Counted from the stretch's first letter, positions 1 through 13,170 are shown. The stretch: 64,000 nucleotides of DNA from Eukaryota sp. GEM-RC1 (GCA_040285855.1 JAUFOQ010000002.1:2170001-2234000), one strand, 5' to 3'. Numbers and translations are program-made. Notes: a model not told the origin generated them from the sequence alone.

Positions 1-786
1 TCGTTTATATAATACATGTAAAGATCTATGGTAAATCTAGACGACTTTTAGATGTTGGTTAACACACTAACTGCTGTTAAGAAGCCACATTTGACTCTCG
101 ACAATGCCATCATTTAAATAAGTGTTCCAACGACCAGTTTAAACAAAGAATGGACTGTACTACGAACCGTTGTACAACTACTGGGAGATTCTGGAATTCA
201 TTACACTTATGAAACTTAAAATTCAATTTGCAGAAGAATTCTAATTTACCAAAGTGTGACTGGCCTCTTTACAAGTTTTGTAGGGTGCTTCTTACTGATT
301 CGGTGCACAAATCTTAATGATTCTGAAATTTTTGCGTTGTCTGTCCATATCAATGGTACTGTCTATATCAATGGTATTCCGTTGGTAAAGATCTTTATTC
401 GCAGTTGAATCAAATTGATACATTCAGGTAGTAAGAGAAAGAAAAAAGATGTTCATATAAATGATTTAACCAGATTTTGTAACTAAACTAATAAGTTATT
501 AGCACAGTAACAGCTTTGGTTAACAAATTAGCACAGAGTCGCAGGTTATACTGAATCAGCCTATAAAAACGAAAGAAATTCGTCATCAATACATTTTCAG
601 TCGCGAAAGAGAGGGTTAAGACATGACCAACGACCCAAAACAAAGATGGTGGAACACATTGATATGATCTCAAAACGGTGAAATATTTCGTGTTCACAAT
701 AACAAGAACTATTGTTAAGTATCAGTTCATTGTACAATGTGTTGCCGGAATGGGTAGACATAACAAGGGGGGAAAGGATAATATTA

Positions 787-2358
787 CAGTCAGGATCCTG
801 TAATTTCAAGGTCTCAAAATGTTACACCCTTCCGATACCTCTAACATCAACTTTTCTCTATTATAACTGCTATCAGCCACTAGAACTACGTAAGTGCATC
901 TTCTGAAATGTTGATATGAGTCTGCATGGACTTTCCTGTTTTCGAGCCTTTAGTGTTCTGATAGTTATCTAAGTACGTTCTAGCTATGCTGATGATTGAT
1001 AGAGTCAGTTTGATGTTACTATGTGTGTCATAAATCGTGTTTTTGCGTTTGCCTGCGTTTCAACTGGTGGATTCTTCCACTCACTTACATCCCAAAATGA
1101 ATAACCATACAGCACAAACGTCTTCTTCGTTGTTGTGGTAGTACTGTTGGTTACTCGTTTCCGCAAATCTTGCTGAACGTGGTCTGAAACATGCAAAACT
1201 CAGCTCTACACGTTACGTTGATGAAGTCCACGGAAAAAACATCATTGACACCCTTGTGGACGACAAGATCAACGAGAAATGAACACGTATCGAATCAGTG
1301 CGATCCATGTGAAGGACTAAGCAATGCAATGAAGAATTGGTGTTTTATTAGGTTATACAGAGACTACAGAGTGTAACATGAGTGAAAGTAGTTGAGAAGA
1401 TAGAGAGATCCTATAAATCAGGGCCTACGGAAAAATATTTGTATTTAAATATTTACAATAAAATACGATATTTTATGTATTTTTTCAAGTTGGTTTTCTC
1501 CATTATTTATTTTATGAAAACAGAAAATAACAAATTATTTTTATATTTTTTGCTCTCTCACTGGACAACCTATGAAGGTGAAAACTGCAACATGTTGCAG
1601 TCCGTCATATTAGCAACTCAGTACGGTCTTTATCATGTACTGAGACTAGATACAGAACTCATTGCAGTAGAGAAGCGTACACTTACTAAACTATGTTTGA
1701 TTGGATTTTTAAACTGTCTCTTTGAATTGAGCAAGAATATGAGATGATGTAGTGGCTTTGTTGTAAATATTGATGATATTCTGTATTTGTAACTGTGTAC
1801 AAAATACATGGCATTTTTCCTTTCTGGGCTTGACAAAGTTCATTCCCCTATCGCAATAGAGCGAGACCAAACTGGTTTAAAACGTTCTACTCTTCGTAAC
1901 ACAAAACCGCTAATACCGTGGTATTAATTGTATTCTTCCAACCCTTAAACATTCCAAATATGTGAAAATGTGCTTGCTGTTGTTCGGTAACTATTGAAAA
2001 ACATCGCTTTGGTTTGACCACATTCTCGTTAAATAGAACACTGTGTCTACATTAAAATCCTTCCTTCTTAACATTGAAACCTATCTGGGAAGTCATAGGA
2101 ACACACAAAACCTGGAGAGGTAGTAGTGTTCGTGTTAGATCACGTTTGTGAAGTGTTGTAGCATCCTTGTTGTCTTTGAATAAATAATTTAAATAATTGC
2201 AATTATTTATTTTCTTCATCTGCAATAACTCATATTTATTTATTCAAGAGAAAGTTTGCCATATTTTATTTAAATATTTTTCCGTGGGTTCTGCTATAAA
2301 TTCAAGGTTCCTGTAATTTCAAGGTCCGGATAGGGTTGAAATTATAGTAACCTGACTG
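787..2358. mobile_element. pogo/Tc1-mariner-like non-autonomous element (TA TSD) hosting a nested hAT MITE
   Basis: TIRs CAGTCAGGATCCTGTAATTTCAA (787) and CAGTCAGGTTACTATAATTTCAA (reverse complement ending 2358); TA flanks both ends; subterminal CCTGTAATTTCAAGG repeats. Confidence 0.8.
1419..2293. mobile_element. hAT MITE
   Basis: TIRs CAGGGCCTACGGAAAAATATTT / CAGAACCCACGGAAAAATATTT; perfect 8-bp TSD CTATAAAT (1411-1418, 2294-2301). Confidence 0.9.
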
Positions 2359-2672
2359 TATTTATAATTAGCTACACTATACTTCAACACTGCCACATCT
2401 TAACACCTGTGGTCAACAAACAAAATGTACTTCATTCGTCAAATTATTCAGTTTTTGTGATCACAAATTGTGATTGTTATCACAGATCACATGTGATGTG
2501 GTTGTGATTGTGTTTGTGATCACACTGACAAAAATAGTGTGTTCCACAAGTATGGTCATAATACTTCACAAAATAACACAGAGACGACATGACGTCATCA
2601 TGTCATGCCCAAATAAGCATATGACGAACTAATCCGACACACTCGTGTTTTTTTTAAAGGTGTGGTATGTAG

Positions 2673-3406
2673 CAGCAACGACAAAAAATATATATTTATT
2701 GTATTGTTTATTGTTTGATTGAACAATAAATATATTGTCCAATCAAATATTCTATTGTAGGTATATTGTGAGAAAAAACAACAAATAACAATACAATATT
2801 TCTGCTTTGTTGAAAGATATCATCAATCTGAATAATTGCTTTTTATACGTTCAACTTCACTTTCTGCTTGCCGAGTCCTAACAAAGGACACTGTATGCTG
2901 ATTTCTGGTAGTAGTAAATGCCAAAATTGACTTTGTGACATTTAATTTGGTTCGGACGATCAGTGAGAGTGTTCTATGTTCTACTGCAAAAGTTGTCAAT
3001 GTCTTAACTGGACGAGAGTGTGAATAATACATCATTTGTGCTGTCTGGTTCTAAAGAGTCTGAGCTCTGTTAATGTCCTTAAATTGTTGCTCAGAAGACA
3101 TACCATCACAATTTTGGGTAATATAAATTTATACAAGTTCCTTCATCAGAGGATTCCTAATGAACAACTGGGGGTTGCACATCTTCCAATAGTTTGGTTG
3201 TAATGTGAAGAACAGTGACGTTGTCAGATATGTGATTCTTGTTATAGTTGCACAAAATGACAAATATTGTATTGTGTTATTGTACAATATATTGTATATT
3301 GTGAACTCGAACAATAAATATATTGTTGCAAAAACACAATACAATAAAATAACAATATCACAATATATTGTACTGTAACAATACAATATATTGTTTGTCG
3401 TTGCTG
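2673..3406. mobile_element. hAT MITE with ATATTG/CAATA subterminal repeats
   Basis: TIR CAGCAACGACAAA; 8-bp TSD GTATGTAG (2665-2672, 3407-3414). Confidence 0.9.
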
Positions 3407-4163
3407 GTATGTAGGCCGCTGTTCTTCATTAAGGTCCGGTCTGTAGTCCGTTAAATTTGACTTGGTCTGTCAGTCTAAAGGTCCGACCTTTGCCCATCAC
3501 CTACCTGAGCATGAAAACAAATTGAATTATGTCATGCGTCATTACACTCCATGACATGACACTATCACTACTTCCCATATTTATTGACGACTATTTGAGG
3601 GGGATTTGTAAAGTTGGGTCTACTACTACTATAGTACTACTAGTAGTAGTAGTAGGTAAAACTTTATCATCTCTCCCCTTTACTTTTGACCAAAAGACGT
3701 TGCTGTGACTTCAATATACTTCCTGAAGGCCTTAGGAGAACATTTCCTTCCATCAAGGATGCTTTTGACCTGGAGAGCTTGGGTACAGTGTATCCAAGAG
3801 AAACACTAATGTACGATCTTCTTATTTCTTTTGCTCCCGTGGATCTAAACAAAAATATGACCACGATGAAGAAGAAGAACCCATTGCCACTTCGTCAATG
3901 AGATCTTTCCAAGCCAGTTGCTCCTTTAAAATCTATTGCGCTTTAACCTCCACATATTCCGTGAATGGGGTTGAGACCACTCTGGATCTTCCTCAATTTA
4001 CTTTGGAGATCCCTGTGATGATCCCACCACCCTCCCTCATCTATCATCTGCATTTTCTCAACTCACAGGTGGAAGTCTCTGTCCTGTGAAAATAAACATA
4101 AGGTAGAGAAGACATTGGCTGTCTGCCGGAGTATTATTAAACGACGGAATTCAAAATCTTACT

Positions 4164-4583
4164 TTGACTGATTTATATAATGTTAACAGAAGTAGAAAGG
4201 AAAAAGCCATTAGTAATAGCTCTGCTTTAGATTACCTCATAAACACTAATTCTGATAAATGCAGATTTGAGTTTTCTGTCGGTGAAGATGGTAACGTCGA
4301 TCATTTGTTTGTAGCAGATGTTGCAAATATTAAGATGTTTAAGAAATTCAATTCAATTGTTATTATGGACTGTACTTACGGCACTAATAAGCATCAGTTG
4401 TCATTGATGTCAGTTGTTGGAATTGACTACTGTATGAGAACTTTCCATATTACATATAGTTTTATTACTAAGGAAGCAACGATGGATTTCCGTTGGATTT
4501 TAAACACGCTTGATGAAGTTATGGGATGTCGCCCAAAAGTTGTCTGTACTGATGCAGACAAAGCTTTGATAAAATCAGTGTAA
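4164..4583 (+). pseudogene. MULE (Mutator/FAR1-like) transposase fragment
   Basis: IVIMDCTYGTNKHQLSLMSVVGID...FRWIL...PKVVCTDADKAL matches the MULE core with the first two catalytic Asp; stops prematurely. Confidence 0.85.
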
Positions 4584-4709
4584 TGAAATAAACCCACTGT
4601 TGTCATATTCAACGTTTCAAGTCATGATAGTATGTTCTGGATATAAAGATTGAGGAGAGAAAGTTTTATGTCACAAGTTTACAAATCTTGTGTCGCAAGA
4701 AAATTGCTA

Positions 4710-5165
4710 CACTAATCATGGTAATTACTAATTAGTCTCACTCAGACTAATTAACATGTTAGACCAATTAGCATGTTAGAACATAGTCTCACTCAGACTA
4801 ATTATCACTGTTGGAAATTAGTCTCAGCTTCAAAAAAAAAATTGTTGACATTCATTGTGATCAGTAGAGTAGGAAAACATTCGTTCGGTACGTCTGCTTG
4901 ATTTTCTTCCACAACAATCATATTAGGATGGGTATAGCAACCAGAAGGATGTGCTAGAACAAGCTCATTATAAAAAAAAAGACGCCCTGACTCAAATTCT
5001 TGCCTTGTAAACACAAACATCAGCGGAAATGCTATTCATAGAAAAAAAGAAGTAATATCGAGTTGGATCAGTATTTGTATTCGTCGAATGTTGTTCTATT
5101 TTACAGGTATGTTATCACAAAAAGTGAGACTAATTTCCAATACAGACTAATTACCATGATTAGTG
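4710..5165. mobile_element. MITE with TA TSD and TAGTCTCACTCAGACTA internal repeats
   Basis: TIR CACTAATCATGGTAATTA at both ends, flanked by TA; related repeats at about 6655-6750. Confidence 0.75.
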
Positions 5166-5207
5166 TACCCGTTCTGAAAAGCACAAAAACAAACCAACAA
5201 CAGTAAC

Positions 5208-5715
5208 TTACTCAAAAAGGATTCGACCAAATCACTGGGGTGATGCTTTGCGACATGATGAACAAAGTATTGTTTTTCGATCATCTTTGAACAGACTTTA
5301 CATTTCTTAACTCGTCGCGGACATTCGATGAAATGAGATCCAAACTCAGATCTAGTAGTGGTATGAGCACAATACTTACATTCTACTGGTAAGTTACTGA
5401 TCATCCGTCTAACAGGAAGATTACTTGAAACTGTAAAGGAACGACTCCTACACTGCGGACAACTTGAAGACTTACAACACTGATTACAGAAAAGATTACT
5501 ACAACATGATGACTCAACAGCATTTTCCAAAATAGACAGACATGTTGGACATGTAAAACCTTCAAGGGAAACGGAATGTGCAAGTTCAACAAAATGTTCT
5601 GATAGATCGGATGGTAAGGAAGAACTACCCTTGGTACTGGTAGGGGTTGGAAAAGGGGTTTGGATTCATCAGGGCGGATACCACTAGCAGCTAGAATGTC
5701 ATCAAATCGAGGCAT
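5208..5715 (-). CDS. RING + TRAF-type zinc finger protein, SPRY-less paralog of the SPRY-RING family (2 frameshifts; gene or pseudogene)
   Basis: CPTCLSILENAVESSCCSNLFCNQC...CPQC...CKYC..HFIECP is near-identical to 12163 and 43048; the ATG at 5715 needs a 1-nt shift near 5640-5660; the stop equivalent to the paralogs' is at 5208. Confidence 0.7.
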
Positions 5716-5760
5716 TGTGAAAGTCTTTGCAAAATTTAGCTTGAATCTGTGTCTAGGTAC

Positions 5761-6473
5761 TAGTGTTCGAAATTTGCCACGTGTTTTTTAAAAGACACCG
5801 TGTCGGTGTTAACACGCGGGTCCATACGGTGTCTTTAATGCAGGCTTGTAAAAAACGTTGCTCAAAAATAAAAAACAACGTTTACTAGTATTATCGTTTG
5901 TTACGTTTTTTCGAATTTAATAAGAAAAAGGCAGATCAACTTTTTCAACTTTTCACTTTTTTCTCACTCCATTTTCATCAACCAAATCTTTCTCAGTTCG
6001 ATCATTGCAGCTATGTTCTTTTGAGATTGGAAGGATAATACCAAGGAATAATAGTGCTCATCTAACTATGATCACGTGGTCAGGACGGGAAGATAACGCG
6101 GTATATGCAACAAAAACACTGTTTGAGTGTAACTGAAGGCCGTTTTACTCAGATACAGAACCAAAGAGCATATACTGTACCAGTAATAGTGTCCCCAACA
6201 AATACTCTTGCCTTGTTTCAGTCTTGCTTGGTCAGAAAGAACATACGTGAAATAACACCTGCCATATTAAGACAAAAGTGGAGTAGAAAGTCGTGCTTTT
6301 TGTGTCAATCCAGAACATAAGAAACGTTGACAAGAATAAAAAGCTTCGTTTTTTTCAAAATACGTTTTAAACGTTTTTTATCAAGTGACAAGCCTGTTTG
6401 CGTGTCTTTTTGCGTGTTTTTGAAAGAGACCGTGTCCGTGTCCAAACGTGTCCACGCGTGTCTTCGAACACTT
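5761..6473. mobile_element. hAT MITE (GACAC/GTGTC repeats) containing a nested element at 5841-6396
   Basis: TIR (T/A)AGTGTTCGAA; 8-bp TSD CTAGGTAC (5753-5760, 6474-6481); the inner element has CAGGCTTGT ends and the same end recurs at about 46860-46950. Confidence 0.85.
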
Positions 6474-8059
6474 CTAGGTACTGAAGCAATTTTCTGTGAT
6501 TTTATATGTACATGTAGAATAGCAAAATGCCCACGTTTTACGAACGAGATTAGAATCGGTGCTATTTACAAATCTGTTGACTTGTTAATTTGACCTTGAA
6601 TCCCAATCATTTGATACATTCATCGTCTTTGTTGAACTAACTACACCAGCAGCAGTAATTAGTCTCACTGAGACTACTTTTGTATTGGACTTTTTGACCC
6701 TCCATCCCTTAATTAGTCTCACTGAGACTAAATTTGTAGTGAAACTAATTATGTCCTCAAATATTTTTGGTTGGAGAAGTCCAATATTTCGTTTTGCTGC
6801 AAATATGTATTCGTAAAACTCATATTAAACAGAAAATTGTCTATCCTCTTACAATCACGTCATCTAAACAAGTTCCTGTTCATCAATACAAGTGTCAATG
6901 TGTTCCAGGTCGTCAACTGCCTTCCAAAGATCATGTGTTCCGTCACCAATGTTTGTTAGAATTAAATGGATACTTTAAAGAAAGAAGCTTTTTAAAAGAA
7001 TCTCAAGAATCAAGAAGATAAGTAAAAATGATTCTTACAAAAACAAACTTTATTTTTTATATCAAATTTTAATTGAAAACAAAAGCAATTTTCGTTATCT
7101 TTCTTTTGGTATACAGACGAAAGAACTATTGGGTTGATAGATGAAAAGAAGCCGAAGAATACATAGTGAAGAGGTGAACCATGATAACCCTGAAGATCAA
7201 TCACTTTTGCAGTCGTGGGACTCAATACACATGGGTTAACACTTGTAATGGCATGATAAAAAATACACATAATACAGTATTCTGTGCTGGATTTTTGTAT
7301 TCTGTATTGTATTATTGTTTGCCCGAGTCTTTTACAAATATGCTTTAAAAATTTCTATTGGATATTGGAACTAATTTCCGATGCATTTGATTTTCTTTAT
7401 GTTGTACATTGAGATGTTCCGTCCTTCTTGTTCTAATAATTGTTAAACCATTTTTTACGTCATCCATCACGTCATCCATCACGTCATCACATTGGGTCAA
7501 AAAGTAACCCTTTAAAGGGTTCTGTAAATCGCCAGGTTTGCTCTAAATCGCGCACAGTGATAATCTTCCCCTCAGATTCTAAAACTCATTTTTCAAATCT
7601 GCAGTAGTTAGTACCAGATGTATTCGTGTAAGTTCTCGAAAAAAGAGACGTTATACTAGATGCTATCCGAAAACAAATCATGGAGCAGTTCATTGAATTG
7701 TTGCCATCATGGATATCCTACGTGTAATTAAGAGGGTTATTATACTATTACACTGATAAATAAAGAAGGGGGTCAAATTCCAACTTTCACTGTCTCATGT
7801 TGAAATAATTTACGGTTGGTGGAAATTGTTTCAAGAAACACCGTCACAACGTGTACCTTAGATGCTAAGTAAAATGAGAATCAGTGGTATTTACATATTG
7901 ATAGGTGTACTATGATTCACTACTTTTGATTGTTATTTAAAGAAAGAAAGAAATTGGGTCCAAAGCAAAGTCAACATTCTTACCATGTGTTTTACATCAA
8001 ATAGAAAATCATTATGAAATTCAAATTTTCTGTTGGTTTACAAATATAGTCTCTCAAGT

Positions 8060-8509
8060 ATCCACCCTGATTCTACCCAGAAACGTGGTGATTTTATTGG
8101 CCCTTAGTTGTCATGCCAAGAAATTGTTGTTGATCCTTGCAAAGCTTCAGCTATTGCCAACATTTTGAATACTTCAAATGATCCGCTGAAAGACGCTGAG
8201 AACGCCAAAGTGTCTAAGTACGGACATCAAGTTGCTGCATTGAATTCACGAAGACACAATAGTATCGTCTTTCAGCCTTTTGCAGTTTCATTGTACGGAA
8301 ATTTCGGTTCTTCTACCAAGGAGTTTTTAAATTTATTTGAAAATTTGTGTTCAGAATTTGGCAAGAAGTTTAACAGATCGTACTGGAAGAGTACATTGGC
8401 TTTTTCGATTTTTGGGTCTATGTATCGATATGTTGATTCCATTTTGTCCAATTTGTTTGGAGGCAACTACTTTTCGGAATTAGATAGTTCGTTTGATAAT
8501 TTGTTTTAA
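8060..8509 (+). mobile_element. 3' fragment of an RLE-type (CRE-like) non-LTR retrotransposon
   Basis: KRGDF...IVVD...AENAKVSKY...FQPFAVSLYGNFG restriction-like endonuclease C-terminal motifs; degenerate. Confidence 0.7.
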
Positions 8510-9129
8510 TAGTGTTTATTTATTTGTTGTTTTCTTGTTGTGTGTTTTTCTCCACACAGAAATCCGCTTTCCAACTATTTTAAAACAGATGACAGTCAAT
8601 TCTTAAACAATCCTATAATCTGATGTTAAACTCATTTAACGCAGAAGCTACCAGTAAATGATGAACAGTTGCATAAATTGAGTAGTTATTTACTGAAGTA
8701 ATCATCAATTCTTCGTAATTAAAGGAACCAATATTCAGTCCGACATAGTCAGAATTCTGTGCAGAATTGAATTTTTTGTAGAAATTTCTGATGTTGCTGT
8801 TTTTTATATTTTTTGAGTTTAAACACTGATAGTTACAGTGAATCTCACTACTTTAGTTCTGGTATTTTCAGAAAATGTTTCAATTTAGTCAATCTCTTTG
8901 TTAATAACATTGCATAATTGAATTTATTGATTAGGAAAAAACGTGTCAGTACAAGTAACTGATAGAAACGTTCAGATCCAGTAGAAACAACATTTTTTTA
9001 AACATATGTATAATAATCAAGTCAATGATGTAAATGAAACCGCATCTTCGGTAGTTAAAGAATAGTCAAATGGTAACCAAATTTAAAATAATAACGAGAC
9101 ACTTATAGTTATTCTTATTCAAAATAAAC

Positions 9130-10113
9130 TCAACTTGATTTATTTAAAAATGTCGCAATGAAAAACGACATGACAATCGCCATCGTTCCAATACCATACA
9201 CCAACGTCAACTCAATCTTTCCCCTAACCACATCAATTAATACAGAGAGAGGTATAGTCAAGGAGACACCCAAGGAAGCTATAAGGGGAGACGCAAGAAT
9301 AACTGAAAAAGACCAGAGATAGTCAGAGAGAACTGTGCCAATGACAGCATTGATTGTGAGCACTAGTAGTACTTGCCTAGATGGGAAGGAAAAAGGCTCA
9401 ATCGAAGTGACGTGGAGAAGGAATAGGAATGGGGCAAAAACAACGAGATTGACCACTCCAACAAGACCAAAGAAAAGAGAAACCTTGACTTTGGGAGCTC
9501 CTTGTTTGGTAGTCAGTAGGTGACCTAGAGTGTTGGTGTAAACTCCGTAAACTACGGCCGACAGAAGAGCAAAAGCATCCCCAATTAGATGATCGTTACC
9601 AATAGACTTATCCTGGTAAGAGATGAGAGCAACACCAAATATTGAAAAAATAACAGATGAAAAGCGACCAAAAGTCAAACTCAACTTTCGAATGAGACAA
9701 GCAAATAGCAGTGTGAAGAGAGAAGAAGTGGATGAAAAGATTGTGTTAGAAGAAACTGAGGTGAGATTCAGACTTAGGTTGAAGAAGTAGTTTGCAAACA
9801 ACCAAAGTGGGGCAAAGATAGTAGCCCGTTTTAAAGTATCTCTGAAACTAACATGAGTTGGAACCACATGTTCTGAATTAATGGCGACATCCAAAAGAGA
9901 ATCTGGTGGGGAGGATTTTTTGAAACAGTGACTGATAGCAGAAGGTATCAACCAAAGAACAAACAGAGAGGTATTGTACCAAGTGAGAAAGAAGGGATGT
10001 GCAAAGTCGTGGTCATGAAAGATATATTCTATAACATTGGAGCTGGTAACCCAGATGACTACAACAAGTAGAATCAATGAAACCCCCAATGAGAGATTGG
10101 AGAAACGTTTCAT
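9130..10113 (-). CDS. SLC35F5/Thi74-like DMT (EamA) transporter
   Basis: About 10 hydrophobic helices; IWVTSS, PFFLTWYNTSLF, LWLFANYFFN, IGDAFALLSAVVYG, GTVLSDYLW, SLTIPLS motifs; likely ATG at 10113. Confidence 0.9.
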   Translation of the reverse strand: MKRFSNLSLGVSLILLVVVIWVTSSNVIEYIFHDHDFAHPFFLTWYNTSLFVLWLIPSAISHCFKKSSPPDSLLDVAINSEHVVPTHVSFRDTLKRATIFAPLWLFANYFFNLSLNLTSVSSNTIFSSTSSLFTLLFACLIRKLSLTFGRFSSVIFSIFGVALISYQDKSIGNDHLIGDAFALLSAVVYGVYTNTLGHLLTTKQGAPKVKVSLFFGLVGVVNLVVFAPFLFLLHVTSIEPFSFPSRQVLLVLTINAVIGTVLSDYLWSFSVILASPLIASLGVSLTIPLSVLIDVVRGKIELTLVYGIGTMAIVMSFFIATFLNKSS

Positions 10114-10266
10114 GAACCAGCATAAGTTGGTACAATACACAGTTAAAAAAACTGTCAAAATTGAATTGGCAATTAATTGATCATCAAAAAGACGCACCAA
10201 TCAATAATTGCAATAATTGCAATTAAGTGAAGCCAATTAACCAGTGAATATAAATTTAGTAGAAAC

Positions 10267-11224
10267 CAGGGATTGGAAAAAATATATTGATATTGCAATA
10301 TATTGATATTGTTACAATAACAATATGGTATTGTTGCTACATACACAATAACATTATGATATTGTTGGTACACGTTCAATAACAATATATTGCAATATAT
10401 TGTTAGTTATTGTTAGTGTAAAAGTTGGTACACCAGTGTTGTTTAGAATCGTTGTGGGAGAATACATCGTATGCATATTATTATATTACATCTTGTAATA
10501 GAACATACATTGCTTTCTTACGAGGAAGTAAATGAACAAAGACCATGCAGTGGAATATTTAAGCTACAATGAAAGAATAATTTCTTCTAGAAATATGTAC
10601 ACGGCATAAGAGATAGCATAACGTATCTTTTTGAAAGTCACGCCCCAACCAGAACCTCCAGTAGACAAACAAGCCTATTGTTGCCGCGTTTGTCCACTAT
10701 CTGGCATTCTCCTGATTTCGAACCAGGGGTGATAAAGATACTAGAAGGTAAAAATCTACTCTCACTGATTCAGAAAAGAATCAGTAAAGAGACTGAAAAA
10801 GAGTGCCACTTACTCACCTTAACTAGACACAATTGATTCTACCACTAAAAATTCTGACTACATTGATCTATCGTTCATTCCTCCAACCGCCAACGAAGTG
10901 GAGAGGCTCTTCAGAGCTTCGTTCACAGCTTACTTTAGGATGTCACAGACATGCCTTGGATCTGTCTATTTTAGAAAAGCAGTTGTTCTTGCTCTACAAT
11001 CGTGCTTTCTGGGACGAGAACACAGTTCGCAGGATCATTATATCGTAGAATAAATTTGAGATTCAAATAAACAGCTTCTTTTATGTGTTTTCAAATATTG
11101 CAATATATTGTCCATAAATATATATTTATTGTTCACAATAACAATACCATATTGTTCAAGATCTCATATTGTCAATAAATATTGTTGGTACACAATAAAT
11201 ATAAATATATTTTTCCAATCCCTG
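10267..11224. mobile_element. hAT deletion derivative retaining the transposase C-terminus
   Basis: TIR CAGGGATTGGAAAAA; 8-bp TSD GTAGAAAC; internal LSFIPPTANEVERLF...LEKQLFLLYN remnant; appears nested in an older element with CTGTCAAAATTGAATTGG ends (about 10152 and 11762). Confidence 0.9.
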
Positions 11225-12162
11225 GTAGAAACTCACCAAAAACTGCTAAATTTGACGAAATGAGAATGTGGCTGATCACATTTTACAGAAACTAATTATG
11301 AATCGGCTCGTCTTCCACAGACTCCAGTGTTTATCGCAACTACTGCAAATTGCAATCACTAGTATATCAGAAAGATGCATGTTACATTTCAAGAGTTTAT
11401 GCTCTTGCATGTATACGTACAACCCTTCCGAGAGAAGATTATTACGATCCGAGCAGTGGGAACAATGTTAAACGAAGATGTTTTCTGACATCGCCTATTG
11501 TCAAATTAGAGGTTATAGAAGAAGTCACAGATGCCAAGTTTTGCGTTATGGAGGTTTGAGGATTGTACAGAAAGGCTGTTTTTGTCATTCTTGATATTAT
11601 GTACAATATTTATTCTGTTTTACAATAAAAACGAGTCTGGATATTAGGGATCTTGTGGACTCTATTAATTGGCAATTAATGGGCAATTCTGTAAGTGGCA
11701 CCAATCAATTATTGCAATAATTTATTGGCAATAAATGAAAGTCCAATTCAATTTTTGACAGCCCCATGCTCATTTGGATCTGATTTGACCAATTTCGTTC
11801 TGTTTGGTCAAGAACAAGTAAACCATATCGATTTGTTTAGCTTGATTTAGGTGCTAGCAAGGATTAATGAGCGATATTAAACAGACAGACTCATCACCTG
11901 AACGTAATTTCAGTGATTTCTATGACATTCTTCTCCACATGACCCTACAGAATTCCAAAGTTCTTCACAACAGTATTCGTAATAGTATTATTCATCATAA
12001 AGTTGAAAAGTGAAATCAAAGTTGAGTGTGGTGATATAATTCGCACTGAGTGTGCACTCATCATTTAACATGTACCAAATTGCAGTTCATGTAGAACCTG
12101 ACTGTGTATAGCATTCAAATTTAGAAAAACAGAATAACACCAAACATTTTTCTCTCTCTACC

Positions 12163-13170
12163 ATGATCAATTTAGTGTTTCCATCATCAATTGCGAAAGC
12201 ACAGACTCATACAATGGAAGATGGCTGTGTAACTTTTACTCATCAGTCAAACATCTCAGGTGAAGACCCCATATGTATCAAAAGTGTTTTACCTATTCCA
12301 TCATCTTCTCCTGTAGCCTACTTTGAGGTTACTGTTTTGTCTTTTGGTGAAGATTCTTGGTATTGCTGTGGAGTAGCACTGGTTTCTTCCACTTACCCTA
12401 TAAACAGACTTCCTGGTTGGGAAGAGAATTCGATTGGCTATCATGCTGATGATGGGAAGATTTTTCAGGAATCAGATACTGGAACTAACTTTGGTTTTCC
12501 ACATGCTAATGTTGGTGACACCATTGGACTGTGCTTCTGCCCTTCTCAACAAAAGTTAGTCTTCACTCATAACGGAACAATTCTTCCCGAGAGTTTCAGT
12601 TTCAACCTAAGTTCAGCACATGCTGCTGTCGGATTAATCAGTCACGGGGAATCTCTAATGCTTAGAACATGTGAACCATTCAAGACCCCTCTATCTCAAC
12701 TTTTGAATCACTTTGGAATCTCTAATGTTTCTGACTCTCCTACCAAGAGTTATTCTTCCTTACCATCCGATCTATCAGACCACTTTGTCGAACTTGCTCC
12801 TTCCTTGTCTCTTAACGGTTTTATCTGTCCAATTTGTCTCTCTGTCTTGGTAAATGCAGTTGAGTCATCATGTTGCGGTAATCTTTTCTGTTGTCAGTGT
12901 TGTAAGTCTTCAAGTTGTCCGCAGTGTAGGAGCAGTTCCTTTAAAGTATCAAGTAATCTCCCAGTTAGACGGATCATCAGTAACTTACCAGTAGAATGTA
13001 AGTATTGTGCTCATACCACGACTAGATCTGAGTTTAAAACTCATTTCATCCGTTGTCCGCGAAGAGGTAAGAAGTGTAAACTGTGTTCTTCTTTGATAGA
13101 AGAGCCTTATCTTGTTGATCACCTGGCAAAACTACATCCCGGTGATTTTGTTCAATACTTCTTTAAGTAA
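12163..13170 (+). CDS. SPRY-RING-TRAF zinc finger protein (putative E3 ligase)
   Basis: YFEVTV...LPGWEENSIGYHADDG...GDTIG...FTHNG (RanBP9-type SPRY), then a CPIC...CCGNLFC..C...CPQC RING-like finger. Confidence 0.9.
   Translation: MINLVFPSSIAKAQTHTMEDGCVTFTHQSNISGEDPICIKSVLPIPSSSPVAYFEVTVLSFGEDSWYCCGVALVSSTYPINRLPGWEENSIGYHADDGKIFQESDTGTNFGFPHANVGDTIGLCFCPSQQKLVFTHNGTILPESFSFNLSSAHAAVGLISHGESLMLRTCEPFKTPLSQLLNHFGISNVSDSPTKSYSSLPSDLSDHFVELAPSLSLNGFICPICLSVLVNAVESSCCGNLFCCQCCKSSSCPQCRSSSFKVSSNLPVRRIISNLPVECKYCAHTTTRSEFKTHFIRCPRRGKKCKLCSSLIEEPYLVDHLAKLHPGDFVQYFFK

Noticed and set aside
1..300. Possible Tc1/IS630 transposase remnant (PHLTLDNA)
   Set aside because: Too short and degraded to support a call
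1382..1747. 121-aa ORF and the many other 60-100-aa ORFs in the track
   Set aside because: They cross MITE boundaries or are antisense or alternate-frame shadows of real genes; no motifs
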